Assembly (NCBI GenBank): GCA_902781945.1
Contig: CACZLE010000003.1
Location: 39,637-103,636 of the forward strand
Length of the DNA: 64,000 bases
DNA from: an uncultured Eubacteriales bacterium
Lineage (GTDB): Bacteria > Bacillota > Clostridia > Christensenellales > Aristaeellaceae
Direction of reading: 5' to 3'
Shown here in pieces: positions 48,390 to 56,941 of this stretch; the stretch's first letter is position 1; every line of letters begins with the position of its first letter. The notes under the pieces are model-generated. The model made no database searches. It saw only the letters and a program-made list of their open reading frames with translations, and was not told where the DNA came from. The translations under genes and the position numbers were made by a program.

Positions 48390-50396
48390 ATGAAAGCACT
48401 GATTTTAAATTCCGGTCTGGGCCGCCGCATGGGCGTGCTCACCTCGGAGCATCCCAAATGCATGACGGAGATCTCCGGTACCGAGACCATCCTCAGCCGC
48501 CAATTGCGGCTGCTGGCCGCGGCGGGCATCCGGGATGTGGTGATCACCACCGGCTATTTTGATAACATCATCGTCAATTACTGCCATTCCCTGCGGCTGC
48601 CGCTGGAAATCACCTTTGTGCACAATCCGCGCTATGCCGAAACCAACTATATTTACAGCATCTATTGCGCCCGGGAGCTGCTGGACGACGATATCCTGCT
48701 GATGCATGGCGATCTGGTGTTCGAGCCCTCGGTGCTGGACGACCTGCTGGCGGAAAAGCGCAGCTGCATGAAGGTCAGCTCCACCCTGTCCCTGCCGGAA
48801 AAGGATTTCAAGGCCGTGGTGCGCGATGGCCGCGTCTATCAGGTGGGCGTGGAGTTTTTCAGCTCCGCCATGGAGGCCCAGGCCCTCTATAAGCTGAACC
48901 GCGCCGATTGGCGGGTCTGGCTGGATGAGATCGTCCGCTTCTGCGAGTCCGGCCAGGACAATTGCTATGCTGAAAAGGCCCTGAACGGCATTTCGGACCG
49001 CTGCCCCATTTACGCCTGCGACGTGGGCAACCGCCTGTGCGCCGAGATCGATACCCCGGAAGATCTGGCGGCGGTGTCGGGACGGCTGGCGGAAATCGAA
49101 AACCGCACGGTGTATATGTGCTTTTCCACCGATATGATCCATTCCGGTCATATCGCCATCATCCGCAAGGCGGAAAAGCTGGGCAAGCTCATCGTGGGCG
49201 TGCTCTCGGACGAGGCCGTGGTGTCCTATAAGCGCTTCCCCCTGCTGCCCTTCGACGAGCGCAAGACCATGTTTGAAAACATCACCGGCGTATGGCGGGT
49301 GGTGGAGCAGAACACCCTGAGCTACAAGGAAAACCTGCTCAAATACAAGCCCACCTACGTGGTGCACGGGGACGACTGGTGCACGGGCTTCCAGCGTCCG
49401 GTGCGGGACGAGGTGTGCGCCGTGCTGGCCTCCTATGGGGGACAGCTGGTGGAGTATCCCTATGCCGCGGACGAAAAATTCAAGGAATTGGACAAGCGCG
49501 CCCGGGCGGAATTGTCCACCCCGGATATCCGCCGCGCCCGCCTCAAAAAGGTGCTGGCCATGAAGGGCCTGGTCACCGCCATGGAGGCCCACAGCGGCCT
49601 TACCGGCCTCATCGTGGAAAACACCGTGGTGGAGGAGGAAGGCGGCGCCCGGCAGTTTGACGCCATGTGGATCAGCTCCCTGTGCGATTCCACCGCCAAG
49701 GGCAAGCCGGATATCGAGCTGGTGGATATGACCAGCCGCTTCCGCACCCTGGACGACATCTGCGAGGTGACCACCAAGCCCATCATCTTTGACGGCGACA
49801 CCGGCGGCCTCACCGAGCATTTTGTCTACACCGTCCGGTCCCTGGAGCGCATCGGCGTGTCCATGGTGATTATCGAGGACAAGACGGGCCTGAAAAAGAA
49901 CAGCCTCTTTGGCACCGAGGTGGCCCAGACCCAGGATACCGTCGAGCATTTTTGCGAAAAGATCCGGGCGGGCAAAAACGCCCAGCGCACCCGGGATTTC
50001 ATGATCTGCGCCCGCATCGAAAGCCTGATCCTGGAGCAGGGCATGGAGGACGCGCTCAGCCGTGCCTTCGCCTATGTGGAGGCCGGAGCCGACGCCATCA
50101 TGATCCACAGCCGCCGGAAGGACCCGGCGGAGATCTTTGAATTTGTGGAGCGCTTCCGCGCCCGGGACGCCGTGACACCCCTGGTGGTGGTGCCCACCTC
50201 CTTTAATACCGTCACCGAGGAAGAATTCAAGGCCCGGGGCGTCAATATCGTCATCTACGCCAATCAGCTGACCCGCACGGGCTTCCCCGCCATGCAGAAC
50301 GCCGCCCGCTTGATCCTGCAATCCCACCGAGCCAAGGAATGCGACGACATCTGCATGCCCTTCAAGGATATCATCCGTCTGATCCCGGAGGAATGA
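48390..50396 (+). CDS. three-domain protein: LicC/PntC-like nucleotidyltransferase + HxGH cytidylyltransferase + phosphoenolpyruvate mutase
   Basis: aa 1-240 carry MKALILNSGLGRRMG (NTP_transf_3 type). aa about 245-375 carry MCFSTDMIHSGHIAII (HxGH). The C-terminal 290 aa carry DGDTGG and the PEP-mutase-diagnostic EDKTGLKKNS (EDKx5NS, nt 49875-49904). Confidence 0.85.
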   Translation: MKALILNSGLGRRMGVLTSEHPKCMTEISGTETILSRQLRLLAAAGIRDVVITTGYFDNIIVNYCHSLRLPLEITFVHNPRYAETNYIYSIYCARELLDDDILLMHGDLVFEPSVLDDLLAEKRSCMKVSSTLSLPEKDFKAVVRDGRVYQVGVEFFSSAMEAQALYKLNRADWRVWLDEIVRFCESGQDNCYAEKALNGISDRCPIYACDVGNRLCAEIDTPEDLAAVSGRLAEIENRTVYMCFSTDMIHSGHIAIIRKAEKLGKLIVGVLSDEAVVSYKRFPLLPFDERKTMFENITGVWRVVEQNTLSYKENLLKYKPTYVVHGDDWCTGFQRPVRDEVCAVLASYGGQLVEYPYAADEKFKELDKRARAELSTPDIRRARLKKVLAMKGLVTAMEAHSGLTGLIVENTVVEEEGGARQFDAMWISSLCDSTAKGKPDIELVDMTSRFRTLDDICEVTTKPIIFDGDTGGLTEHFVYTVRSLERIGVSMVIIEDKTGLKKNSLFGTEVAQTQDTVEHFCEKIRAGKNAQRTRDFMICARIESLILEQGMEDALSRAFAYVEAGADAIMIHSRRKDPAEIFEFVERFRARDAVTPLVVVPTSFNTVTEEEFKARGVNIVIYANQLTRTGFPAMQNAARLILQSHRAKECDDICMPFKDIIRLIPEE

Positions 50397-51445
50397 CCAT
50401 GGAGCAGCTCACCCTGTTCGATCTGAGCGACCTGCGCCCGCTGCTGGCTGGCAAGCGGTTCCTGCTGGTGCACGGGCCTTTCTTTGACAGCCTGCCCATC
50501 GCCTCGTTCTTTTCCGCGCTGGACGCCGTGCCCTTTACCGGCTTTACGCCCAATCCCCTCTACGAACAGGTGGCGGTGGGCGTGGACCGCTTCCGGGAAA
50601 ACGGCTGCCAGGCCATTGTGGCCGTGGGCGGCGGCAGCGCCATGGACGTGGCCAAGTGCGTCAAGCTCTTTTGCCGTATGGAGCCCGCGGTCAATTATCT
50701 GACCCAGGAAAAACGGGATACCGGCGTGCCGCTGTACGCCATTCCCACCACGGCGGGTACGGGCAGCGAGGCCACCCGCCACGCGGTGATCTATTATCGG
50801 GGGGAGAAGCAGTCCGTGTCCCATCCCAGCATCGTGCCGGACGCCGCCGTGCTGCTGCCCCAAGTGCTGGAGGGCCTGCCCCTCTATCAGAAAAAGTGCA
50901 CCCTGCTGGACGCCCTGTGCCAGGCCATCGAGTCCTGGTGGTCTAGGAGCGCCACGGAAGAGAGTGCCGCCCATTCCCGGCGGGCCATCCGGGGCATCCG
51001 GGAGAACTGGCAGGCCTATATTGAGCACGGCGACGCCGAAGCCGCCCACCAGATCCTGCTGGCGGCCAACGAGGCCGGCAAGGCCATCACCATCACCGCC
51101 ACCACGGCCCCCCATGCCATGAGCTATAAGCTGACCTCCCTCTATCATCTGCCCCACGGCCACGCCGTGGCCCTGAGCATGGCCCAGGTGTGGCCCTACA
51201 CCCGGGATCACGCCGGGGAGGATGTTCGCCTGCAAAAGGTGCTGGCGGAGTTGGAGGACCTGGGCGGCTATGGCTGGTTCATGGAGCTGCTGCGCAGCCT
51301 GGACATGGCTTCTCCCGTGGCCGGGGATCGGGAGGCGGAATTGCGCCTGCTGACGGCCTCCGTCAATCCCATCCGCCTGCAAAATCATCCCATCCCGCTC
51401 AGCGCCGAGACGCTGCGGGCGTTTTATGAAAAAATCGTGCAATAA
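50393..51445 (+). CDS. iron-containing (group III) alcohol dehydrogenase, phosphonoacetaldehyde reductase-like
   Basis: GGGSAMDVAK, PTTAGTGSE and LPHGHAVAL motifs. ATGA overlap with the PEP mutase gene. Confidence 0.8.
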   Translation: MTMEQLTLFDLSDLRPLLAGKRFLLVHGPFFDSLPIASFFSALDAVPFTGFTPNPLYEQVAVGVDRFRENGCQAIVAVGGGSAMDVAKCVKLFCRMEPAVNYLTQEKRDTGVPLYAIPTTAGTGSEATRHAVIYYRGEKQSVSHPSIVPDAAVLLPQVLEGLPLYQKKCTLLDALCQAIESWWSRSATEESAAHSRRAIRGIRENWQAYIEHGDAEAAHQILLAANEAGKAITITATTAPHAMSYKLTSLYHLPHGHAVALSMAQVWPYTRDHAGEDVRLQKVLAELEDLGGYGWFMELLRSLDMASPVAGDREAELRLLTASVNPIRLQNHPIPLSAETLRAFYEKIVQ

Positions 51446-51501
51446 ATACAAGGGGAGAGCGCCGCGCGTTCTTCCTTTTTGCGTTTCAGGAGGCGATACC
51501 C

Positions 51502-52002
51502 ATGGAGATCAGAAAGACCCGGCTGGAAGATCTGAACACCGTCATGGTCCTTTATGCCCATGCCCGGGCTTTTATGGCGGAGCAAGGCAATCCCAATCAA
51601 TGGGGTCCCACCTGCTGGCCTCCGGAGGACCTGATCCGCCAGGATATCGCCCGGGGCAAGAGCTACGTCTGCCTGTCGGAGGGACGGATCGTGGGCGTGT
51701 TCTATTTTGATCAGGGGCCGGACATCGAGCCCACCTACGCCCAGATCGAGGACGGCGCCTGGCGGGACCAAAGCCCCTACGGCGTGGTGCACCGCATCGC
51801 GTCGGACGGCACCCAGCGGGGGACGGGGGCCTTCTGCATCAACTGGGCCTATGGGCAATGCGGCCATCTGCGCATCGATACCCATGGGGACAACCGGGTG
51901 ATGCAGGGCTTGCTTGCCAAGCTGGGTTTCGTCCATTGCGGCACCATCCACGTGCGGGAGGATAACGATCCCCGCCTGGCCTATGAAAAGACGGGCTTGT
52001 AA
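51502..52002 (+). CDS. GNAT family N-acetyltransferase
   Basis: 166 aa with a GNAT-like core (GRIVGVFYF...HRIASDGTQRGTGAF) and a C-terminal GFVHCG. AGGAGG upstream. Confidence 0.75.
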   Translation: MEIRKTRLEDLNTVMVLYAHARAFMAEQGNPNQWGPTCWPPEDLIRQDIARGKSYVCLSEGRIVGVFYFDQGPDIEPTYAQIEDGAWRDQSPYGVVHRIASDGTQRGTGAFCINWAYGQCGHLRIDTHGDNRVMQGLLAKLGFVHCGTIHVREDNDPRLAYEKTGL

Positions 52003-52025
52003 TTGCATGGGCGATATGGTATAAT
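51997..52025 (+). promoter_or_regulatory. sigmaA-type promoter with extended -10
   Basis: TTGTAA, 17-nt spacer ending in TGG, then TATAAT (52020-52025). Confidence 0.5.
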
Positions 52026-52092
52026 CAATGCAAGTTCTATCGTTGTTTCTGCATACATTTACGGAAGGAAACTGTCGTTGAGGAGGAGCCAT

Positions 52093-54087
52093 ATGAAAAA
52101 GAGCACAGCGATCACGATCATAGCCATCCTTGCGGTGATCATCGCCATTCTGGGCATTCTGTTCTTCACCAATCAAAAGAAGAACGGCGACGAGATCAGC
52201 AGCCTGAAAGAGCTTGCCGCCTCCCGTTCGGCCCAGTTGGACGCGCTGGAGGCTACGCTGAACGATAAAGAAACCAGCCTGGCCGCCCAGGAGGGCGAAT
52301 TGGAGACCGTGCGGGCCGCCTTTGCGGATCAGACCCAGGAGCTGGAGCAGTTGAAGGGCGAATCCACCCAGGCCGCCAGCGCCCTGGAGGAGCTCAAGGC
52401 CACCCTGTCCGCCAAGGAGCAGGAGGCTGCCGCCGCCCTGGAGAACGCCAAGGCCAGCGCCGCCCAGGCGGCGGAAAAGGCCGCGGGCGAGCTGGCGGAC
52501 GCCAAGGCCGCTGCCGCCGCCGAGCTGGAGCGCTTCCAGACCAGCGCCCAGGAGACTGCAGCCGCCGCTGCCGCCGATTTGGAGAACGCCCGGAGCCAGG
52601 CTGCCGCCGAGCTTGAAAAGGTAAAGACCGCCGCCGCCACGGAGTTGCAGACGGCCAAGGCTGCCGCCGAAGAAAAGCTGGCCGCCGTGCAGAAGGACGC
52701 GGCCGAAGCCGCCAAGGCTGCCGCCGCGGAGATGGAATCTTTCAAGACGAACGCCGCCGCGGAGCTGGAGAGCGTGAAGGCTGCCGCTGCTGAGGCCGCC
52801 CAGACCGCCGCCGCAGAGTTGGCATCTGCCAAGGAGACTGCCGCTGCCGAGTTGGAGAGCGCCAGGGCCGCTGCCGCCGCTGAATTGAAGAAGGTCCAGG
52901 CCGATGCTGAGGAAGAGGTGGCGGCGGTGCGCAAGGAGGCCGCCGAGGCCGCCAAGGCCGCTGCTGCGGAGCTGGAAACCGTCAAGGCCGATGCCGCCGC
53001 GGAACTGGAGGCCGTAAAGGCCGAGGCGGAAAAGGCTGCCCAGACCGCTTCCGCCGGGCTGGAGAACCTGAAAGAGGAAGCCCGCCAGGCTGTGGCGGCT
53101 GAAATGGAAACGTTGAAGGCGGAGGCATCCCAGGCGGCGGAAAAGGCCGCCGCGGAGCTGGAGAGCGTCAAGACCGCTGCTGCTGCCGAGCTGGAAAAGG
53201 CGAAGGCCGATGCGGCTGCCGAACTGGAGAAGGTGAAGGCGGACGCCGCCAAGGCTGGCGAAGCCGCCGCTGCGGAACTGGAGAAGGTGAAGGCGGACGC
53301 CGCCAAGGCTGGCGAAGCCGCCGCTGCCGAGCTGGAAAAAGTCAAAGCGGACGCAGCGAAAGCCTCCGAAGCCGCTGCCGCCGAGCTGGAAAAAGTCAAA
53401 GCGGACGCAGCGAAAGCCTCCGAAGCCGCTGCCGCCGAGCTGGCTGCCGCCAAGGCCGAGGCCGCCCAGGCCATGGAAAACGTGGCCGCAGAGATCGAAA
53501 AGGTGAAGACCGAGGCTGCCGCTGCCATGGATAACGCCGCCGCGGAGCTGGCCTCCGCCAAGGCCGAAGCTGCCCAGACCGCCGCCGCTGAATTGGCCGC
53601 CGCCAAGGAGAACGCCGACGCCGCCCTGTCCGCGCTGACCGCGGAACTCACCGCCGCCAAGGCTGAGATCCAGCAGAAAGCTGCCGATTACGCCGACCTG
53701 GAAAGCAAGGCGGAGTACAAGGGCCTGTCCTTTGACGAGATGATGGCCGCGCAGAAGCAGCTGAACAGCGCCCTGTGGGCCTCGGATGAATGGGAATCCG
53801 TGGTGATGCCCTGCGGCGTGTACGCCATCGGCCAGGATATCCCCGCCGGACGCTGGACCATCCGCGCCAGCGAGGGCCCCGCGGAGGTCAAGGTGGGCAA
53901 TCACCTGGACGAGACCGGGAACGAGCTGGTGGAGCCCTATGTGATGCACTTTACGGATGACAAGAGCCTGAATTATGATGTGGGCGTGGTCTGGAACCTG
54001 CAGGAGGGCTCCTACCTGGTGGTGAATCAGAACCCCGTCACCTTCACCCAGACCCCCGCTTCTCCCTTCGAGTTCGTCACCAAATAA
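52093..54087 (+). CDS. membrane-anchored Ala/Glu/Lys-rich coiled-coil repeat protein with globular C-terminal domain
   Basis: AGGAGG at 52081. N-terminal TM (ITIIAILAVIIAILGILFF), about 500 aa of A/E/K heptad/hendecad-like repeats, then a non-repetitive domain of about 130 aa (SDEWESVVMPCGVYAIGQDIPAGRWTI...). Confidence 0.8.
   Translation: MKKSTAITIIAILAVIIAILGILFFTNQKKNGDEISSLKELAASRSAQLDALEATLNDKETSLAAQEGELETVRAAFADQTQELEQLKGESTQAASALEELKATLSAKEQEAAAALENAKASAAQAAEKAAGELADAKAAAAAELERFQTSAQETAAAAAADLENARSQAAAELEKVKTAAATELQTAKAAAEEKLAAVQKDAAEAAKAAAAEMESFKTNAAAELESVKAAAAEAAQTAAAELASAKETAAAELESARAAAAAELKKVQADAEEEVAAVRKEAAEAAKAAAAELETVKADAAAELEAVKAEAEKAAQTASAGLENLKEEARQAVAAEMETLKAEASQAAEKAAAELESVKTAAAAELEKAKADAAAELEKVKADAAKAGEAAAAELEKVKADAAKAGEAAAAELEKVKADAAKASEAAAAELEKVKADAAKASEAAAAELAAAKAEAAQAMENVAAEIEKVKTEAAAAMDNAAAELASAKAEAAQTAAAELAAAKENADAALSALTAELTAAKAEIQQKAADYADLESKAEYKGLSFDEMMAAQKQLNSALWASDEWESVVMPCGVYAIGQDIPAGRWTIRASEGPAEVKVGNHLDETGNELVEPYVMHFTDDKSLNYDVGVVWNLQEGSYLVVNQNPVTFTQTPASPFEFVTK
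53221..53436 (+). repeat. four tandem 54-bp coding repeats (18 aa: ELEKVKADAAKA[G/S]EAAAA)
   Basis: Units 53221-53274 and 53275-53328 differ by 1 nt. Units 53329-53382 and 53383-53436 are identical. The two pairs differ at 12 synonymous sites and 1 non-synonymous codon (counted by hand). Confidence 0.9.
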
Positions 54088-54189
54088 GGATTTCGGCATT
54101 GAAAATCCTCTGTTCCTATGCTATCATACAAGGCGCGGACATCCCATGGCGGGGTGCCGCGCCTTTTTGAAATACAGCGGAGGCACAGC

Positions 54190-55539
54190 ATGACGCAGCT
54201 CAATCTGATGACGGAAGGCAGCCCGCGGCGCAGGATCCTGCGCTTCGCCCTGCCCATCCTGGGCGGATATTTTTTCCAGCAGCTCTATAACACGGTGGAC
54301 GCGCTGATCGTGGGCAATTTTCTGGACGCGGACGCCCTGGCGGCGGTGACCTCCACCTCCTCCTATATGTATCTGCTCATCGGCTTCGTGACGGGCTTTT
54401 CCACCGGCGCGGGGATCATCATCGCCCGCCACATCGGCGCGGGCAACGCGGAAAACACCCGCAAGGCCGTGCATACGGCGGTGGCGCTGGGATTGGTGCT
54501 CAGCGCCTTGCTGACGGCGGTGGGCATCCTGATCACCCCGCCCATCCTGCGGCTGATGGGAACGCCGGAGGGGGTCATTGGCCGCTCCTCCGCCTATCTG
54601 CGGGTTTATTTCGCCGGGTCCTTCGCCCTGGTGATGTACAATATGCTGGTCAGCATCCTGCAGGCCTCCGGGGAGAGCCGCTTCCCACTGTTATGCCTGG
54701 TGGCCAGCTCCTTGGTCAATATCGCCCTGGACGTGGTGTTCGTGGCCCTTTTCCATATAGATGTGGAGGGCGCAGCCCTGGCCACGGTACTTTCCGAGGT
54801 GCTCAGCCTGATTCTGGTGGCATGGAGGCTGCTGCGCACGCGGGAAAGCATCCGCCTGGAGCCCCGGCGGATCGCCTTTGACCTGCATAACCTCAAATTC
54901 ATCCTGCGCTACGGCTTCCCCACGGCCATGCAGGGCTGCGTCATCGACCTGTCCAACATGCTCATCCAGTCCTATATCAACAGCTTTGGCCGGGACGCCA
55001 TGGCGGGCATCGGAGCCAGCCTGAAAATCGAGGGCTTCATGTTCCTGCCGGTCACGGCCTTCTCCATGGCGCTCACCACCTTCGTCTCCCAGAATGTGGG
55101 CGCCCGGCGCATGGACCGCGTGCGGGAGGGCACGGCGTTTGGCCTGCGCTGCACGGCGGCCCTGCTGCTGGGCCTGGGCGTGCTGGCCCGGTTCTGCGCC
55201 CCCTGGATGATCGCCTTCTTCAACGCCGATCCTGAGATCATCCGTTACGGCGCGGGCCGCACCACTGTCTGCGCCCTGTTCTATTGCCTGCTGGGCTTTT
55301 CCCATACCGCCTCCGCCGTGATGCGCGGCCTGGGCAAGCCCATGACGCCCATGCTGGTCATGCTGGTATGCTGGTGCGCCGTCCGCGTGGCGCTGCTGTT
55401 CACCGTGGGTCAGTTTTTCCACGATATCCGTCTGGTTTATTGGGTGTATCCCTTCACCTGGACGCTGTCCACCCTGGTCTACCTGATCGATTTCAAGCGG
55501 ATGCGGCTGTTCAGCCGGACAGAAAACGCAAATTTGTGA
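54190..55539 (+). CDS. MATE family efflux transporter
   Basis: ILRFALPILGGYFFQQLYNTVDALIVGNFL is a typical MATE N-terminus. 449 aa, about 12 TM. Confidence 0.9.
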   Translation: MTQLNLMTEGSPRRRILRFALPILGGYFFQQLYNTVDALIVGNFLDADALAAVTSTSSYMYLLIGFVTGFSTGAGIIIARHIGAGNAENTRKAVHTAVALGLVLSALLTAVGILITPPILRLMGTPEGVIGRSSAYLRVYFAGSFALVMYNMLVSILQASGESRFPLLCLVASSLVNIALDVVFVALFHIDVEGAALATVLSEVLSLILVAWRLLRTRESIRLEPRRIAFDLHNLKFILRYGFPTAMQGCVIDLSNMLIQSYINSFGRDAMAGIGASLKIEGFMFLPVTAFSMALTTFVSQNVGARRMDRVREGTAFGLRCTAALLLGLGVLARFCAPWMIAFFNADPEIIRYGAGRTTVCALFYCLLGFSHTASAVMRGLGKPMTPMLVMLVCWCAVRVALLFTVGQFFHDIRLVYWVYPFTWTLSTLVYLIDFKRMRLFSRTENANL

Positions 55540-55584
55540 TGATTCCTAAGGAATCTCTGTTTCAATCAGCGGCATCTCTTATAG

Positions 55585-55755
55585 GAAAGACATATTCCGG
55601 GTGAATGCTTGATCCCTCTCGCTGATGCGCATGAAGTGAGTATTGACGAGCTCTGCGGCGTTGCCAAGATGCGAACGGTGGAGGATGAACTGAGAGAGAA
55701 AGTTGACCGCACCATTGGCACCTCGCGAACCCAAGATTTGGCCCAAAGCCCATAG
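55585..55755 (+). pseudogene. orphan C-terminal fragment of an XRE/Cro-type HTH protein
   Basis: An open frame begins right after a TAG, with no start codon: ...LIPLADAHEVSIDELCGVAKMRTVEDELREKVDRTIG. The L..LA....VS.DEL.G pattern is the end of a Cro/C1 HTH domain. Confidence 0.4.
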
Positions 55756-55871
55756 AATAACCTGGCTTTTTTGTGGATCGTGCTTTTCGCTCCGTGGCCC
55801 TGAAAAGGCTGAAATCGCCCTTCGGGCCGCGGCAAAAAACGCAAAAAGAAAAACCCTTGAAAATCAAGGGT

Positions 55872-56273
55872 TCAGCCCATCTTCAAACCCCTGTTTTCAG
55901 GCGAAAACAGGGGTTTTCCATATCCACAACTCGAAACAAGAGAAAAAAATAAAGCCTTTATCAGGCGTTTCATATTTTGTACCGCGGCGGTCAGAAAGCA
56001 CTGCTCCCGCATGTTCTGGATACCGAGCATGCGGGCATAGCGGAGGCCGTGGTTTTCTTTCGCCTCCGCAAAGGATCGTTCAATTGTCTGCTTTCTCCAG
56101 CTGTAAATGCGTTTTCCCTTGTGCGTCTTCGTAAAATGTATAATATCGTCCAGGGAATCCTGCCATACATGCCTTTCCACCATCCTTCTGCTTATGCTTG
56201 TTCCAAAGCATTCGTTTCTTCGCGGACAATTCCGGCATTTCTTGCTGTCGCTGAAGTATGATGCCAATGGCAA
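55872..56273 (-). mobile_element. truncated DDE transposase (IS1182/IS5-superfamily C-terminal region only)
   Basis: CRNCPRRNEC...GKRIYSWRKQTIERSFAEAKENHGLRYARMLGIQNMREQCFLTAAVQNMKRL matches the C-terminal zinc-ribbon plus DDE_Tnp_1_6-type tail. The N-terminal part of about 300 aa is missing. Confidence 0.7.
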
Positions 56274-56400
56274 TACCTACGGCAGTCCCCAAACCACCGG
56301 CGCGGATGGCACCGCGACCTGGACGCAGCTGCCTTATGGAGCCTACTCCGTGAAGGAAACCGGCACGCCTACCGGCTATAACGTAGATCTGAACCAATAT
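56246..56400 (+). pseudogene. fragment of a Cna-B (SpaA/prealbumin-fold) surface protein
   Basis: LKYDANGNTYGSPQTTGADGTATWTQLPYGAYSVKETGTPTGYNV is a single Cna-B repeat. It has no start, signal peptide or LPXTG, and it abuts the transposase fragment. Confidence 0.5.
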
Positions 56401-56434
56401 GAACAGAATTATTCACCGTATCGGAGGTGTGCTT

Positions 56435-56740
56435 ATGTTCCTGGTCAAATTGCCTTTCCGTATTCTTTCTCTGACTGTCCTGGCGCTGCTGATCGTGATC
56501 CGCGTCGCAAGCCTGCTCGTGACCGGTATTTCATCTCTTGTGACCAACCTGATCGGGATGACCGCCGTGCTGGCGGCGGCTGGCATCTGGATGTTCCAGT
56601 TGGGCCGTGACCATGATGCTTACATGATGATGATGCTGGCCTTTGGCCTGTTCCTGATCCTGGCTCCGAAGGCCGCTGATTGGATCGTAGATAAAGCCAC
56701 TACGCTGATTGCAAAAATCACCTTTCTGATTACTGTCTAA
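56435..56740 (+). CDS. small membrane protein (101 aa), unknown function
   Basis: GGAGGTG sits 6 nt upstream of the ATG at 56435. Three hydrophobic helices. Followed by a hairpin at about 56760-56795. Confidence 0.55.
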   Translation: MFLVKLPFRILSLTVLALLIVIRVASLLVTGISSLVTNLIGMTAVLAAAGIWMFQLGRDHDAYMMMMLAFGLFLILAPKAADWIVDKATTLIAKITFLITV

Positions 56741-56941
56741 AAGAACCGCATAAGAAAAACGGGAAGTGGCTTCAAAACAGCTTCCCGTCTTCCATACCCC
56801 GAAGAATTATGCCACTTTTTCATAGTTGAATAGATTGCGCCTGCTTTTTTCGCAGGATCTGGGATATATCTGAAAATGGCCCTGCTTGCCAACTATGGTA
56901 AGCAGGGCTTTGCCGTTCAAAGGGGGATTTTGTTCTTTCTA

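Noticed and set aside
53221-53436. Regular 54-bp tandem repeats that could suggest a CRISPR-like array.
   Set aside because: There are no unique spacers between the repeats. The units are contiguous, in frame and encode the coiled-coil repeat of the 52093-54087 protein. No cas genes are present in the window.
51424-54099. 891-aa ORF on the minus strand, plus other very long antisense ORFs: 15724-18210 (828 aa), 59920-62349 (809 aa), 9278-11191 (637 aa), 48405-50327 (640 aa), 43030-44793 (587 aa), 45849-47597 (582 aa) and 28158-29795 (545 aa).
   Set aside because: These are shadow ORFs typical of GC-rich DNA. Their translations are low-complexity (G/R/H/Q/A/L-rich) with no recognisable motifs. 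Each is fully overlapped by an opposite-strand gene with clear family signatures, SD sequences and operon context.
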